Shown piece after piece: positions 26,777 to 36,051 of a stretch of 46,742 bases of DNA (position 1 is the first letter of the stretch; each line of letters begins with the position of its first letter). The DNA is from a virus (lineage: Duplodnaviria > Caudoviricetes). A model generated the notes under the pieces. That model was given only the letters and a program-made list of their open reading frames with translations, did not search any database and had not been told where the DNA came from. The stretch is taken from IMG/VR virus record IMGVR_UViG_3300037706_000012, positions 1 to 46,742 of that record; one strand, written 5' to 3'. Both the position numbers and the translations under genes were made by a program.

Positions 26777-28021
26777 TCACGCCTCCTTCACGGTGGTCCG
26801 GCCGCTGAGCTTGGCCAGCTCGGCGTCCAGGTCCGACTCGCTGATGTCGTCGCCGGTCTCGGCGGACTGGCCCAGGTTGCGGACCCCGCCGACGCCACTG
26901 GCCTCGGCGATCTCGGCGGCACTCTCCTCGGCGAGGGTGCGCAGCGCATCCTCGTCCACGGTGCCGTCCTCGGTGGTGGGGAACGACTCGGCGAGCCGCT
27001 CGATGGTCTTGGGCGCGGTGACGCCAGCGGTGCTGAACGCCTCCCCGACGATGCGGGCTGCGCTGGCCTTGTTGGCGGTGGCAAGAGCCGTGGTGGCCCG
27101 CTTCTCCGCCTCCTCGGCACGCTGAAGGGCTGCGTCGCGCTCGGTTTCGAGAACGGGCACCCGGCCGGCGTCCGTCTCAAGGGCACGGAGTCGTGCTTCC
27201 TCGATCTGGGGCATGACTGCCTCCTGGGTTGGGGTGGACTGCCCAGCCGGGGCGACCGGGACATATGTGGTGACGATCTTGACCTCTTCGCGCTCGCCCG
27301 TCAGGGCGGAAGGCAGGCCGTCGGCAGTGCTGGTGTAGTTCTGGCGGAACAGGCCCCCACCGGTCTCGCCCTCCAGCTCGAAGTACACCAGGCCGGCGTC
27401 CGGGTCGTAGTCCCGGGTCCAGGCGTAGCGGTCTTCGGTGCGGTAGGTGTCGCGCACGAGCTGATTCAGGCTGTCGCGCACGTCGTTGGACATCGCCTCG
27501 GATGCGAGCGCGGACTCCAGTACGTTCAGCACCTGGCCACCACGACCCGCCTTGGTCACGAAGTCGACGCTGCCGCCTTCCGTCAGGCGAGTGATGATGG
27601 TGCCCTTGCGGCCCTCGGCTTCGCCCTCGGTGACCTCGGCACTGCCACGGATGCTGACCCCGATGTGCGGGGCCATCTCCGCCAGCGGCTTGCGCCAGTG
27701 GCTGAACACCAGTACCTCCGCCTGAAGGCGATTCTGGTCGGGGGACCAGTAGGCGTCCTCGGCGAGCACGGCTGCCAGGCCGTTGAGGTCCCGCTCCGGA
27801 CGATCCTGAGCTTCCTGCGCGCTGGGGTGGTTGACGTACATGTGGGTTCCGGCGGGGAAGATGCGCTCCTTGCCGGCCGCCTCCACCACGTCGTTGGAGT
27901 AGTAGCCGCTGGAGCCCCACCCAGGTGTCATAACCTGAACGAGAAGGCGGCCCTGTTCGCTACCGTCAGCGGGGGTTGCGGCCTCCGCGAAAGTACACGA
28001 TTCGGCGATCTTAGTCGGCAT
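26777..28021 (-). CDS. Capsid maturation protease fused to scaffolding domain
   Basis: TPGWGSSGYYS, MYVNHP, IGVSIRG, SVDFVTKAGRGG; helical C-terminal half. Confidence 0.85.
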   Translation of the reverse strand: MPTKIAESCTFAEAATPADGSEQGRLLVQVMTPGWGSSGYYSNDVVEAAGKERIFPAGTHMYVNHPSAQEAQDRPERDLNGLAAVLAEDAYWSPDQNRLQAEVLVFSHWRKPLAEMAPHIGVSIRGSAEVTEGEAEGRKGTIITRLTEGGSVDFVTKAGRGGQVLNVLESALASEAMSNDVRDSLNQLVRDTYRTEDRYAWTRDYDPDAGLVYFELEGETGGGLFRQNYTSTADGLPSALTGEREEVKIVTTYVPVAPAGQSTPTQEAVMPQIEEARLRALETDAGRVPVLETERDAALQRAEEAEKRATTALATANKASAARIVGEAFSTAGVTAPKTIERLAESFPTTEDGTVDEDALRTLAEESAAEIAEASGVGGVRNLGQSAETGDDISESDLDAELAKLSGRTTVKEA

Positions 28022-28058
28022 CACACGCTCCTCTCAGAGCAAAGGGTACCTGTAAAAC

Positions 28059-29117
28059 TCATCCGGGAAGCTCCTTCAGTGCTGTAGGCGCGTAACTGTC
28101 CCTCCAGTCGGGGGTCTGGCGCCTGGCGGACAGGTCTTCCCACCCGATGTCGCCGACGGACAGTAGTTCGGCCCGTGTCTGCCCCATGACGGCCAGCTTG
28201 TCGGAATCGGGTAGGGAGTCGTACCAGTCGCGAGCGTCAGGGAACGTGTCCGGCGGCTCGGTCACGTTCGTGTACCCCAGATCCTTCCAGGACACGGTGA
28301 CAGGGACGCCGGTGCATCTACCCTGCGGGTGGTCCAGCGGACCAGGCTCGTCCGGGCCGTACTCCGTGCCGTTCTTGGCGAGGCAGCTCGGACAAGTACG
28401 GGCGTCCAGCGTGGCAAGCCATTTCCAGCCCTGAACCGTGTCCGGGTTCGCCACACGGAACTGACGGGCCGCCTCCCGGTGGGCGTCCAGCATCTCCGTG
28501 CGGGCGATGTTCATGGCGCGGGCCAGCCCACCGTTGAAACGGCCCTCCACCCTGGAGAGCATCCGGGCTGCCGCACGGTTCGGGTTGTCCCCCACAGCCA
28601 CGCCCCGGATGAGCTCCTGCTGTATCACGGCGATGGCCTCATCCGTCAGCGGTATGGTCAGGTTGGCTATCCGCTCGGTGGTCCTCAGAGCGATCTGCTG
28701 GATCTGTGCGGGGTCCACGCGCATCAGGTTCACGCCGGCCACGGCTTGCGGGCCGGCCTCCGTGGGCATCTGACTACCGACCATCCGTGCCTCGTAACCC
28801 TGCACGTCGTCCACCAGGGCCCGGACCTGTTGCGTAGCCGTGCGTGTGACCTCGACGCCAAGGTCGTCCATCACCTTGGCTGTCACGGTCAGAGCCTGAG
28901 CAGCCTGTTCCATCCGTGCGATACGCCAATGGCTGATCTGCTCCCCGGCAGCCACCCGACGCTGAATGTCATCGATCACCAGGCGCCACTCCGCCACGAC
29001 GCTGTCCCAGCCCGTGGCCCATGCAGCGGCCAGCACGTCGGTCACGCCGTTCACCCGGACGTCAACCGCACGTCGGCTTGCAGCGGCCAGACGCAAGGTC
29101 TCCGAGTTCGTGGTCAC
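28059..29117 (-). CDS. MuF/SPP1 gp7-like minor head protein
   Basis: RAMNIARTE, WLATLDARTCPSC, HPQGRCT. Confidence 0.88.
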   Translation of the reverse strand: MTTNSETLRLAAASRRAVDVRVNGVTDVLAAAWATGWDSVVAEWRLVIDDIQRRVAAGEQISHWRIARMEQAAQALTVTAKVMDDLGVEVTRTATQQVRALVDDVQGYEARMVGSQMPTEAGPQAVAGVNLMRVDPAQIQQIALRTTERIANLTIPLTDEAIAVIQQELIRGVAVGDNPNRAAARMLSRVEGRFNGGLARAMNIARTEMLDAHREAARQFRVANPDTVQGWKWLATLDARTCPSCLAKNGTEYGPDEPGPLDHPQGRCTGVPVTVSWKDLGYTNVTEPPDTFPDARDWYDSLPDSDKLAVMGQTRAELLSVGDIGWEDLSARRQTPDWRDSYAPTALKELPG

Positions 29118-29380
29118 CTGGTCACCTCCTCGAACACATGCCACACCAGCGGTCCGGCCTGGCCGGTGCCCAGGTAGTCGCCTGCCTCCGGCCCGATAAC
29201 ATGACCGGTCCCGTACACACGTACCTTCCTAGTCGGTGTGACAGGCGCGCCGTGCTCCTCGGTCCAGACGTGAACCATCGTGGGGTCGTCCAGACGACAC
29301 GCCACGTGCAGTACCTTGCCGGCACCTACTCGGTGCCAGGCGTCGTCCACCGGAACCACCCAGCGCAGGACTCTCCTCAT
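29114..29380 (-). CDS. Hypothetical protein
   Basis: VYGTGH...YLGT...LVWHVFE motif; overlaps both neighbours. Confidence 0.7.
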   Translation of the reverse strand: MRRVLRWVVPVDDAWHRVGAGKVLHVACRLDDPTMVHVWTEEHGAPVTPTRKVRVYGTGHVIGPEAGDYLGTGQAGPLVWHVFEEVTR

Positions 29381-30930
29381 CCCAGTGCCTCCTGCTGTGC
29401 AGCAGCCACGCGCTGGTCCAGACTCTGGCCACTGCGGGCAGCGGCCACAGCGGCGTTACCCACGGCAGTGGCCACCGACTCGTATGGGTCCAGCCATTCC
29501 CCGTTCGCGTCCGTGACGGAGGTGAGGATGTCGTCCACGTCGGGCACGTCCAGCGCGTCCAGCAGCAGCTTGATGATGGTCAGCGGGGGCAGCTTGCCCG
29601 TGGCGTCCGCCTCGACGATGGACTTCACCAGAGCCGCCACGTCCTGGTCCTCCAGAGAGGGCCACGTCACCTCCAGCCCCAGCTCGTCTCCGCCGGCCAG
29701 CACGATGATCTCCTGCTTGGACCACGGGTCACGGGTTATGGTGCCTTGCAGCTCTCCGCGCGGTGCCCGGATGGACTGCCGCACAGCGAACTCCGCCAGT
29801 GCCAGAAACGTCTCCGTCCAGACGGCACGACGGCCGTTCATCTCGTTGATGGTCGGGCGGTCCAGCGTCTCGGCCACGGCGCGAGCCCCGGTCTGGCCGG
29901 GGTCGCCGAGCAGCATGGTCACGGGCACGCCCAGTGCGCTGGCCACCATGGAGGCGAGAGGCTTGCCGGACTCGCTGTCCACCGTGGCGCCCGTCTTCGG
30001 GATGGCCTCCATGACGGTCGAGGTGTCCATGACGGCAGTGGAGCCGGCCGGTGCAGTCGCTGTCGCGGCTGCGATCTTCTGACGGAGGGCGTCGGCCTTG
30101 CTCGGGTTCGAGCTGCTGACCTTGAACGCGAACTGGCTCAGCGCCTTGACCAGCTTGGCCCAGTCGCCCAGAAAGTCCCGGTAGAGCCGGGCCCATGGCA
30201 GGGCGGCGTAGGCGTCCCCGATGCCGAACTTCCATCCGTCCAGCGCGTTGACCTTGATCAGGTGCAGCGGGGCATCCCAGTCCACCGCTACGTCGTTGAT
30301 CTGGCGAGGGCGCTGCATCGGCCGGAACGTGAGCGCCGGGTGGTACATACGGCGCTCGTGCGTAACGGTCTGCCCGTCAGCGCTCAGGTCCGTCTCGGTC
30401 CACTCGCGCAGGTAGAACCACGGGTCGTCCTTGTCGTTGGGGTTCGAGATCACGTCCTTGATCTCGCCGAACGCCACCGTGCGGACCTGGACCTTGCCGG
30501 TCAGCGGGCTGCTGAACGCCACGATGGCCAGGTTGCCGTCGGTGCCCAGAGCACGCTCGTTCTCCTCGCATGCCTGGGGGCCGAACACCGACCGTCGGTT
30601 GCCGGCGTCGTCCAGTAGTGCCTGCACCACGGCGTTGACGTCCTCGTCTCGGCTGCGGACCTCGTACCCACCACCGAACACGTACCCCTGCCGGATGCCC
30701 AGCCCCCGCTTGATCAGAGGGTTGGCCACGGCCATCACACGGCACAGCCGGGCAGACTTCTGGAGCCCCTCGCGGCTGAACTCCTGTTCACCCCACTGGT
30801 CCAGCTTGGACCAGCCCTTGTCCTCCAGGGCGAGCTCCAGGTCGACCAGGGCCTCCTGAAGGTGGGAGATGTTGGCCGTGGCGGCTGTGAGGTCCGCGCG
30901 TGCCTCCCGCAGTTCGCTACGGACGCTCAT
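29377..30930 (-). CDS. Portal protein
   Basis: Follows terL; NPLIKRGLGIRQGYVFG, MVASALGVPVTMLLGDPG..GARAVAETLDRP. Confidence 0.88.
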   Translation of the reverse strand: MSVRSELREARADLTAATANISHLQEALVDLELALEDKGWSKLDQWGEQEFSREGLQKSARLCRVMAVANPLIKRGLGIRQGYVFGGGYEVRSRDEDVNAVVQALLDDAGNRRSVFGPQACEENERALGTDGNLAIVAFSSPLTGKVQVRTVAFGEIKDVISNPNDKDDPWFYLREWTETDLSADGQTVTHERRMYHPALTFRPMQRPRQINDVAVDWDAPLHLIKVNALDGWKFGIGDAYAALPWARLYRDFLGDWAKLVKALSQFAFKVSSSNPSKADALRQKIAAATATAPAGSTAVMDTSTVMEAIPKTGATVDSESGKPLASMVASALGVPVTMLLGDPGQTGARAVAETLDRPTINEMNGRRAVWTETFLALAEFAVRQSIRAPRGELQGTITRDPWSKQEIIVLAGGDELGLEVTWPSLEDQDVAALVKSIVEADATGKLPPLTIIKLLLDALDVPDVDDILTSVTDANGEWLDPYESVATAVGNAAVAAARSGQSLDQRVAAAQQEALG

Positions 30931-30958
30931 TGTCTGTCCTCCTGATACGGGGGCATGG

Positions 30959-32563
30959 TCAGTACCCGCCAAGGATAGCGTGCGGGTCGTCTTCGCCTAC
31001 CCAATCGTCCTGGTCACGTATGGCCTGGTCCTGATCCAAGAGAGGGTGCAGCAGCAGCCTGTCGGTAGCCTGGCTCAGAGCGTCCACGGTGTCGTCATGA
31101 GCGCCGGCAGGGAACGCCTCCAGCTCCACCACGAGCTCCTCCACGTTGGGCAGGAGCTCGGCGGTGGGGAGCCAGATATTCCGGGCGTGAGCGAACGGGC
31201 TGACCGCTGCCGCTCGTGCGAACTTGGAACCGACAGGCTCCACTGGGATAACCCCAGAGATCTGCTTCTGCAAGCTGTTGATGATGGCCGGACCGTTGGC
31301 CTTGTCCTCCACCAGCTTGCCCACGGCCTGAGGCCACTTGGCGCTCAGGGCGAGCATGGCCTCGCACGACCGGTTGAAGTTCCACCTGCCGCGCACCATG
31401 TCCAGCAGGTAGGCGTTAGGGCCTTGACGCATCCACACCTGACCCACCACGTAGTCACTGGTCTTGTTGTCCTTGAACGTGAAGTCCCAGCTCTGCACGA
31501 TCTCGTGTTCCCACCCGGGTACGAAACACCGGCCGTCCTCGTTCGTGATGTGCAGCGCGCTGGTGTACCGGGGCCACTCCTCCGGCCACAGGTCCCCGCT
31601 GCCAGGCGTCGGCCTGCCCTGGTACAGGCTGGCCCAGGTGCGCGGGCCGGCTGCCTTCTTGCGCGCCTGCCACTGAGCCGTGGTGCGCTTGCGAGCACTG
31701 TCCATGAACTCGCCAGGCTCACGGCCGAGCGGGTCCTCCTCGCCCTTCTCGGGTCGGTGGTCCGCCTCGGCAGGGATGTTCAGGTACGTCCACCGGTTCG
31801 GGGCCAGGCCGCGCTCGGGGTCGTAGTCCTCGTACCCGTCGTCCTCACCCATGAGACGGCCGGCCAGGTCGTCGTGATGCCATCGCGTCAGGATGATGAC
31901 GGTGGGTGCGCCGGGGGCCAGGCGCGAGACGACCGTGTCCGTCCACCAGTCCCACACGTTCTCACGGTAGGTCTCGCTGTCGGCCTCCTTGCGGTTCTTG
32001 ATCGGGTCGTCGATCACCATCAGGTCCGCCGGCCGTCCGGTCAGGCCGCTGCCCACACCGACGGACAGCACGCCACCCTCGTACCCGGACAGTGTCCAGT
32101 CGCCGACGGCGCCGTTGTCGTCGGCGATGGTGATGCCCAGCTTGTGGTCCTTGATTCGCCGGCGGATGGACCGGCCGTTACGGAGAGCCAGGCTGGACCC
32201 GTAGCTGGCAGCCACCACTCGGCTGTCCGGCCGCTGGGTGAGCCACCACGTGGGGAAGTCGGCCGCCACGCGCACCGACTTCCCCTCCTGCGGAGCCATC
32301 GAGATGATCAGCCGGGCGTCGGGCGTCTTGTATGCCTGCACCAGCGCGCGGTCGATGAGGTCCAGAGCGGTCGTCTGCACGGTGCGAGGGTTGATCTCCT
32401 GTGCCAGAGCTCCGGGCGTATCCCACCGTACGGTCCTCTGCCTGGACACTTGCTCTCCGTAGGACAGCCTCCAGTCAAGCGGAAGCAGGTTACGGGCGTT
32501 GGTAACGGGGTCTGGTAACGCCTTCGCGTCCGCCCACATGTCCGCCCACACGTCGGTCGTCAC
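30959..32563 (-). CDS. terL: Terminase large subunit
   Basis: MAPQEGKS (Walker A), LTGRPADLMVIDDP (Walker B), TRWHHDDL, YQGRP, SWDFTF, EDKANG, HDDTVDA. Confidence 0.95.
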   Translation of the reverse strand: MTTDVWADMWADAKALPDPVTNARNLLPLDWRLSYGEQVSRQRTVRWDTPGALAQEINPRTVQTTALDLIDRALVQAYKTPDARLIISMAPQEGKSVRVAADFPTWWLTQRPDSRVVAASYGSSLALRNGRSIRRRIKDHKLGITIADDNGAVGDWTLSGYEGGVLSVGVGSGLTGRPADLMVIDDPIKNRKEADSETYRENVWDWWTDTVVSRLAPGAPTVIILTRWHHDDLAGRLMGEDDGYEDYDPERGLAPNRWTYLNIPAEADHRPEKGEEDPLGREPGEFMDSARKRTTAQWQARKKAAGPRTWASLYQGRPTPGSGDLWPEEWPRYTSALHITNEDGRCFVPGWEHEIVQSWDFTFKDNKTSDYVVGQVWMRQGPNAYLLDMVRGRWNFNRSCEAMLALSAKWPQAVGKLVEDKANGPAIINSLQKQISGVIPVEPVGSKFARAAAVSPFAHARNIWLPTAELLPNVEELVVELEAFPAGAHDDTVDALSQATDRLLLHPLLDQDQAIRDQDDWVGEDDPHAILGGY

Positions 32564-33258
32564 GCTGGGATTCCCTCAGAGAGCTGGCGGAGAACCTGGG
32601 GCACGCGCTCATCGGCAAGGCGCTGCTGTGCCGGCGTCAGCTCCAGGTCGCGCAGGAGGCCGGCCCATAGGCTGGCCACGCCCGTTACCTGCATCTGTGC
32701 CATGCGCACTGTCACCTCCGCGATGCCCGCCTTGATGGCCGCACTGCTCGCGCGCACCAGATGCTCGCGCTCCCCCTTGTACATCAGGTACCAGATGTGT
32801 ACGCCGGGCCCCTTGACCTCCTGCGTGTCCTGACCTGGGTACTGAGCAGCCTGCACCCACGTCTCCGTCTCGGACTGGGTGCCCCAGATCAGCGGGAAGT
32901 GCTCGTTATCCGGGTCCAGATCCGTCAGGTTGACGATTCGGTGTCGCAGCCACTCCACGTGACCTGCCGTGCGCCGGACCTCCTGCAACAGGGCCTCGGT
33001 GGGGGTCAGACCTTCGATCGGGGCTCCAAGGATCTCCATCACACGCCGCGCCTCCCGCTCCGTCTTGGTCCGTGCCGCCAGTGCCTTCGACCTCGGGGCG
33101 TCTCCGCCGTGCCGGTGGCAGACGTCCAGCCCGTGGACCCGCAGCGAACCGCACGGCGTGCCGTCGCGCTTGTGGGCATTGCAGCTCGGTACGCCTCCGG
33201 CCCGGACATGCGGCCTGCCGCACTTGGCGCACTGCAAAACGGTCTGTGGACTGCTCAT
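32560..33258 (-). CDS. terS: Terminase small subunit
   Basis: Immediately upstream of terL; C..HKRDGTPC...VCHRHGG Zn-binding N-terminus. Confidence 0.75.
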   Translation of the reverse strand: MSSPQTVLQCAKCGRPHVRAGGVPSCNAHKRDGTPCGSLRVHGLDVCHRHGGDAPRSKALAARTKTEREARRVMEILGAPIEGLTPTEALLQEVRRTAGHVEWLRHRIVNLTDLDPDNEHFPLIWGTQSETETWVQAAQYPGQDTQEVKGPGVHIWYLMYKGEREHLVRASSAAIKAGIAEVTVRMAQMQVTGVASLWAGLLRDLELTPAQQRLADERVPQVLRQLSEGIPA

Positions 33259-33332
33259 GTTCCGGTTCCTTTCCCAGCGGGGCACTACGTGCCCAGGATA
33301 CTCGGCCCCCCGAACCGCCAGAACCAAGCCGC

Positions 33333-33809
33333 GTTACCCGTTACCGCCGTGCCTTGGATCTCCGGGTACCCTATCCAGTTTAGAGGATTTGGGCTCCCAC
33401 CTGGGCAAACGTCAGAAGACAACCTCGGGATCAGGGCCCTGATCCCCGTTACCACAGTCTTACGGGCACTGGTAACGCTGTTGGTAACGTAACCGTCTGT
33501 ATCAGTTACGCACGTATATAGGTACGGTGACGGTTGATGTCAGGGGGCCTCTGACTCCCTCAGGGGGTCTCTGATCCTGAAGAGAGGGGTCTCTGATCCA
33601 CTCTCTTGATGTCAGGGGGTCTCTGATACGTATGAACAGACTCCTAAATCCTTATGTCAACTACCTCTTTGAGCCTGTAGTTTCTAATGCGTGCCCTGCG
33701 TTATTACCCACCAGAGATAGCACGTAAGTCCTGCTGGTCCCACGGCCGGGTCAGGCCCGTTACTGCCACCGTGCCCAAACGTAACCATCCCGTGCGCACA
33801 CCGCGTAAC
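33333..33809. repeat. Repeat-rich divergent intergenic region (candidate ori/pac/control region)
   Basis: Ten GTTAC/GTAAC pentamers; 20-bp palindrome 33427-33446; four GGGG(T/C)CTCTGA repeats 33540-33626; locally AT-richer. Confidence 0.75.
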
Positions 33810-33838
33810 CGAGCTCCCGTGAGGTAGGCTGTAGAACT

Positions 33839-34414
33839 ATGAGCAGAGTATTTATCCTCAAGGGTGGTCCACGAGACGGCGACCAGAAGGTCCACACGGC
33901 CAGGGGACCGGTCCCTCGGTACCTGGACAAGACGCTGGCCACCGTGGTCCAGCTATCTCGCCGGCACCAGTCCGGCGCGTACCGCCGTGAGTCCTACGAC
34001 CGGGAGAGCGGCACGGTGGTGTTCCGGTGGTGTACCGGTCGCGCGCTGCTGATAGACCCGGGCCCCCTCAACGCGGTACGGAACCAACGAGCGCTGGACA
34101 TGGCGCTGAAGTTCTCCGGAGGCGACACGGACGCGACCATCACGGTTCACTCCCCCCCGGGGCTGTGGCTGGAGATCGACCGGGAGGTCTCCTGCTACGT
34201 GGCCATCCGTGGAGACTCCTGCGTGCGTGTGCGCGGCGCGGCGCGCGTCAGCGCGTTCGACCGCGCCCAGGTACACGCCTACGGACAGGCAAGGGTGTCG
34301 GCCAACGACAACGCGTACGTTCGTCTGCACGACGACGCCACGGCCCGGAGGCACGACGACGCGCAGGTCAGGACTAAGGGTCGGCACCAGAAGCTTCTCG
34401 ACGAGCTGATCTAG
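33839..34414 (+). CDS. Hypothetical protein with 8-aa beta-helix-like repeats
   Basis: VSAFDRAQ-VHAYGQAR-VSANDNAY-VRLHDDAT; TAGGCT 8 nt upstream of ATG suggests a leaderless transcript. Confidence 0.7.
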   Translation: MSRVFILKGGPRDGDQKVHTARGPVPRYLDKTLATVVQLSRRHQSGAYRRESYDRESGTVVFRWCTGRALLIDPGPLNAVRNQRALDMALKFSGGDTDATITVHSPPGLWLEIDREVSCYVAIRGDSCVRVRGAARVSAFDRAQVHAYGQARVSANDNAYVRLHDDATARRHDDAQVRTKGRHQKLLDELI

Positions 34415-34470
34415 CTATCCATCTCCGTAGTAGAGCCACCTGATACGCCCGGTACGGGTAGGGTGACCCA

Positions 34471-34693
34471 CATGAACCGATCCGCGTACATAGCTCTGGC
34501 ACTGGGCACGCTCGCCGTGTTCATGGCCTGGTACCCGCTGGTCAACCTGGTGGTGCTGGTGCTGGCACCGGCCACCTGGTGGCTGGCCCGCCGGAGCGGG
34601 CCCGGCGTGGCCGCTGAGGCTGCCGAGGTGCTGGCATGGGTGTCGGCGGGTCTGTTCGCAGCAACGAACCTGTTCGCCCTCATCACCTACTGA
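34471..34693 (+). CDS. Small membrane protein (about 3 TM)
   Basis: Hydrophobic segments; alternative GTG start at 34463. Confidence 0.7.
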
Positions 34694-34704
34694 GAGGTAA
34701 TCCC

Positions 34705-35259
34705 GTGACCGAGCACAACGAACACGTGACCAGGCTGCTCGCCGAGATCCCGACCCGAACCCCCGAGCAGTGGGACGCCGCATGGTCCGCCGCACGGTCC
34801 GCCGCACGGTCCGCCGCATGGTCCGCCGCATGGTCCGCCGCACGGTCCGCCGCACGGTCCGCCGCATGGTCCGCCGCATGGTCCGCCGCATGGTCCGCCG
34901 CAGGGGACGCCGCATGGGACGCCGCACGGTCCGCCGCAGGGGACGCCGCCGTAGCTCTTGTCGTTTTCGACCTGGTCGGCACCGGCGACTGGACGGCCGA
35001 GAAGTACGAGACCCTCGTAGCGCCGGCGCGAGCAGCCGGCTTCACCATTCCGACCCCTACTGAGAGAGGTACCCCCGTGACCAACAACGACGAGAAGCTC
35101 TACACACCGGCGGAAGTGGGCAGGCTGTTCCGCGTGGACCCCAAGACCGTGACCCGCTGGGCCACCGCCGGCAAGCTCCACCCCATCCGCACGCTGGGCG
35201 GGCACCGCCGCTACAGGGCCGCCGAGGTCGACGCGCTGCGAGAGGGGCAGGCCCGATGA
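34705..35259 (+). CDS. (W/R/G)(S/D)AA-repeat protein continuous in frame with a C-terminal BldC-like HTH
   Basis: GAGAGG RBS before GTG 34705; no stop until 35259. Confidence 0.65.
   Translation: MTEHNEHVTRLLAEIPTRTPEQWDAAWSAARSAARSAAWSAAWSAARSAARSAAWSAAWSAAWSAAGDAAWDAARSAAGDAAVALVVFDLVGTGDWTAEKYETLVAPARAAGFTIPTPTERGTPVTNNDEKLYTPAEVGRLFRVDPKTVTRWATAGKLHPIRTLGGHRRYRAAEVDALREGQAR
34771..34950 (+). repeat. 12-bp degenerate tandem repeat x15 (WSAA/RSAA/WDAA/GDAA)
   Basis: GCCGCA(T/C)GGTCC-type units read directly. Confidence 0.95.
35077..35259 (+). CDS. bldC: BldC-like MerR/excisionase-type DNA-binding protein (internal start)
   Basis: LYTPAEVGRLFRVDPKTVTRWATAGKLHPIRTLGGHRRYRAAEV closely matches the BldC consensus; own GAGAGG RBS. 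Confidence 0.82.
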   Translation: MTNNDEKLYTPAEVGRLFRVDPKTVTRWATAGKLHPIRTLGGHRRYRAAEVDALREGQAR

Positions 35260-35741
35260 GGACCATCACCATGTCCGTCCCGGACGACCTGACCCCCGAG
35301 CGCGTGCGGCAGCTCGGCGAGATGACTGCCAAGCACGTCGGTCCCCAGGCCGCTGGCTTGCTCGCCAACCTGGCCAACGTCATGGCCACCGAGCCGGGGG
35401 AAGACCCCCACGTCCTGCGCGTGACCGTGGGTTACGTGTGGGGGGAGATCGGTCCCCCCACGCTGTCGGACATCGCGTCCAAAGCGGAGGCGGACGGCCG
35501 GTTCGTTACGGCGGATGTTCTGAGGTCCGTGATCGCCGCGATGGAGGAGCAGCGGCCGGAGCCCATCGAGCCGGGCGTGTACGTAGTCCACTGGGTGAAG
35601 GGACTGGACGCGTTCAAGAAGTACACCCGCTGGACCGGCTCTCAGTGGGTGAACGCCGTGGGGGATCCACAGCCACACGTCCCCACCCAGCGGTCCGCCA
35701 TCAAGGAGCTGGTACGACTGGAGGAGAGCTACGATGACTGA
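35256..35741 (+). CDS. Hypothetical protein (probable paralog of next gene)
   Basis: ATGA overlap; shares ITxxVPDD and GVY...WxG..W motifs with 35734..36051. Confidence 0.7.
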   Translation: MRTITMSVPDDLTPERVRQLGEMTAKHVGPQAAGLLANLANVMATEPGEDPHVLRVTVGYVWGEIGPPTLSDIASKAEADGRFVTADVLRSVIAAMEEQRPEPIEPGVYVVHWVKGLDAFKKYTRWTGSQWVNAVGDPQPHVPTQRSAIKELVRLEESYDD

Positions 35742-36051
35742 GATCACGATCACCGTGCCGGACGACTGGAGGGCCGACCTCCTCAGGGACAACGCGGCCT
35801 CCCTGGTCCCCGCCGGGTACGACATTTCGGCACGGCTGGTCCGCCTGGTGGCCGACGCCCTGGAGGCCCAGGAGCCCCTCAAGCTGGGCGTGTACCTGGC
35901 CCTGCTGCCCGCCAACGGAAGCACGCCGGAGTTCGCCTACTGGGACGGAAACAACTGGTACGACGGCGCGGGCGCCGTGTTCCCCCACTGGTCCAAGACA
36001 CGCGCCGGCTTCAGCGTGCTGGAGTTCATCGGAGAGAAGAAGACCTCATGA
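35734..36051 (+). CDS. Hypothetical protein (probable paralog of previous gene)
   Basis: GGAG RBS; shared motifs as above. Confidence 0.7.
   Translation: MTEITITVPDDWRADLLRDNAASLVPAGYDISARLVRLVADALEAQEPLKLGVYLALLPANGSTPEFAYWDGNNWYDGAGAVFPHWSKTRAGFSVLEFIGEKKTS

Noticed and set aside
34771-34950. Possible CRISPR array or DGR repeat
   Set aside because: Contiguous 12-bp in-frame coding units with no spacers; no reverse transcriptase or cas operon in the window
35077-35259. Excisionase implying a temperate lifestyle
   Set aside because: No integrase or att-like context seen; the sequence matches BldC specifically
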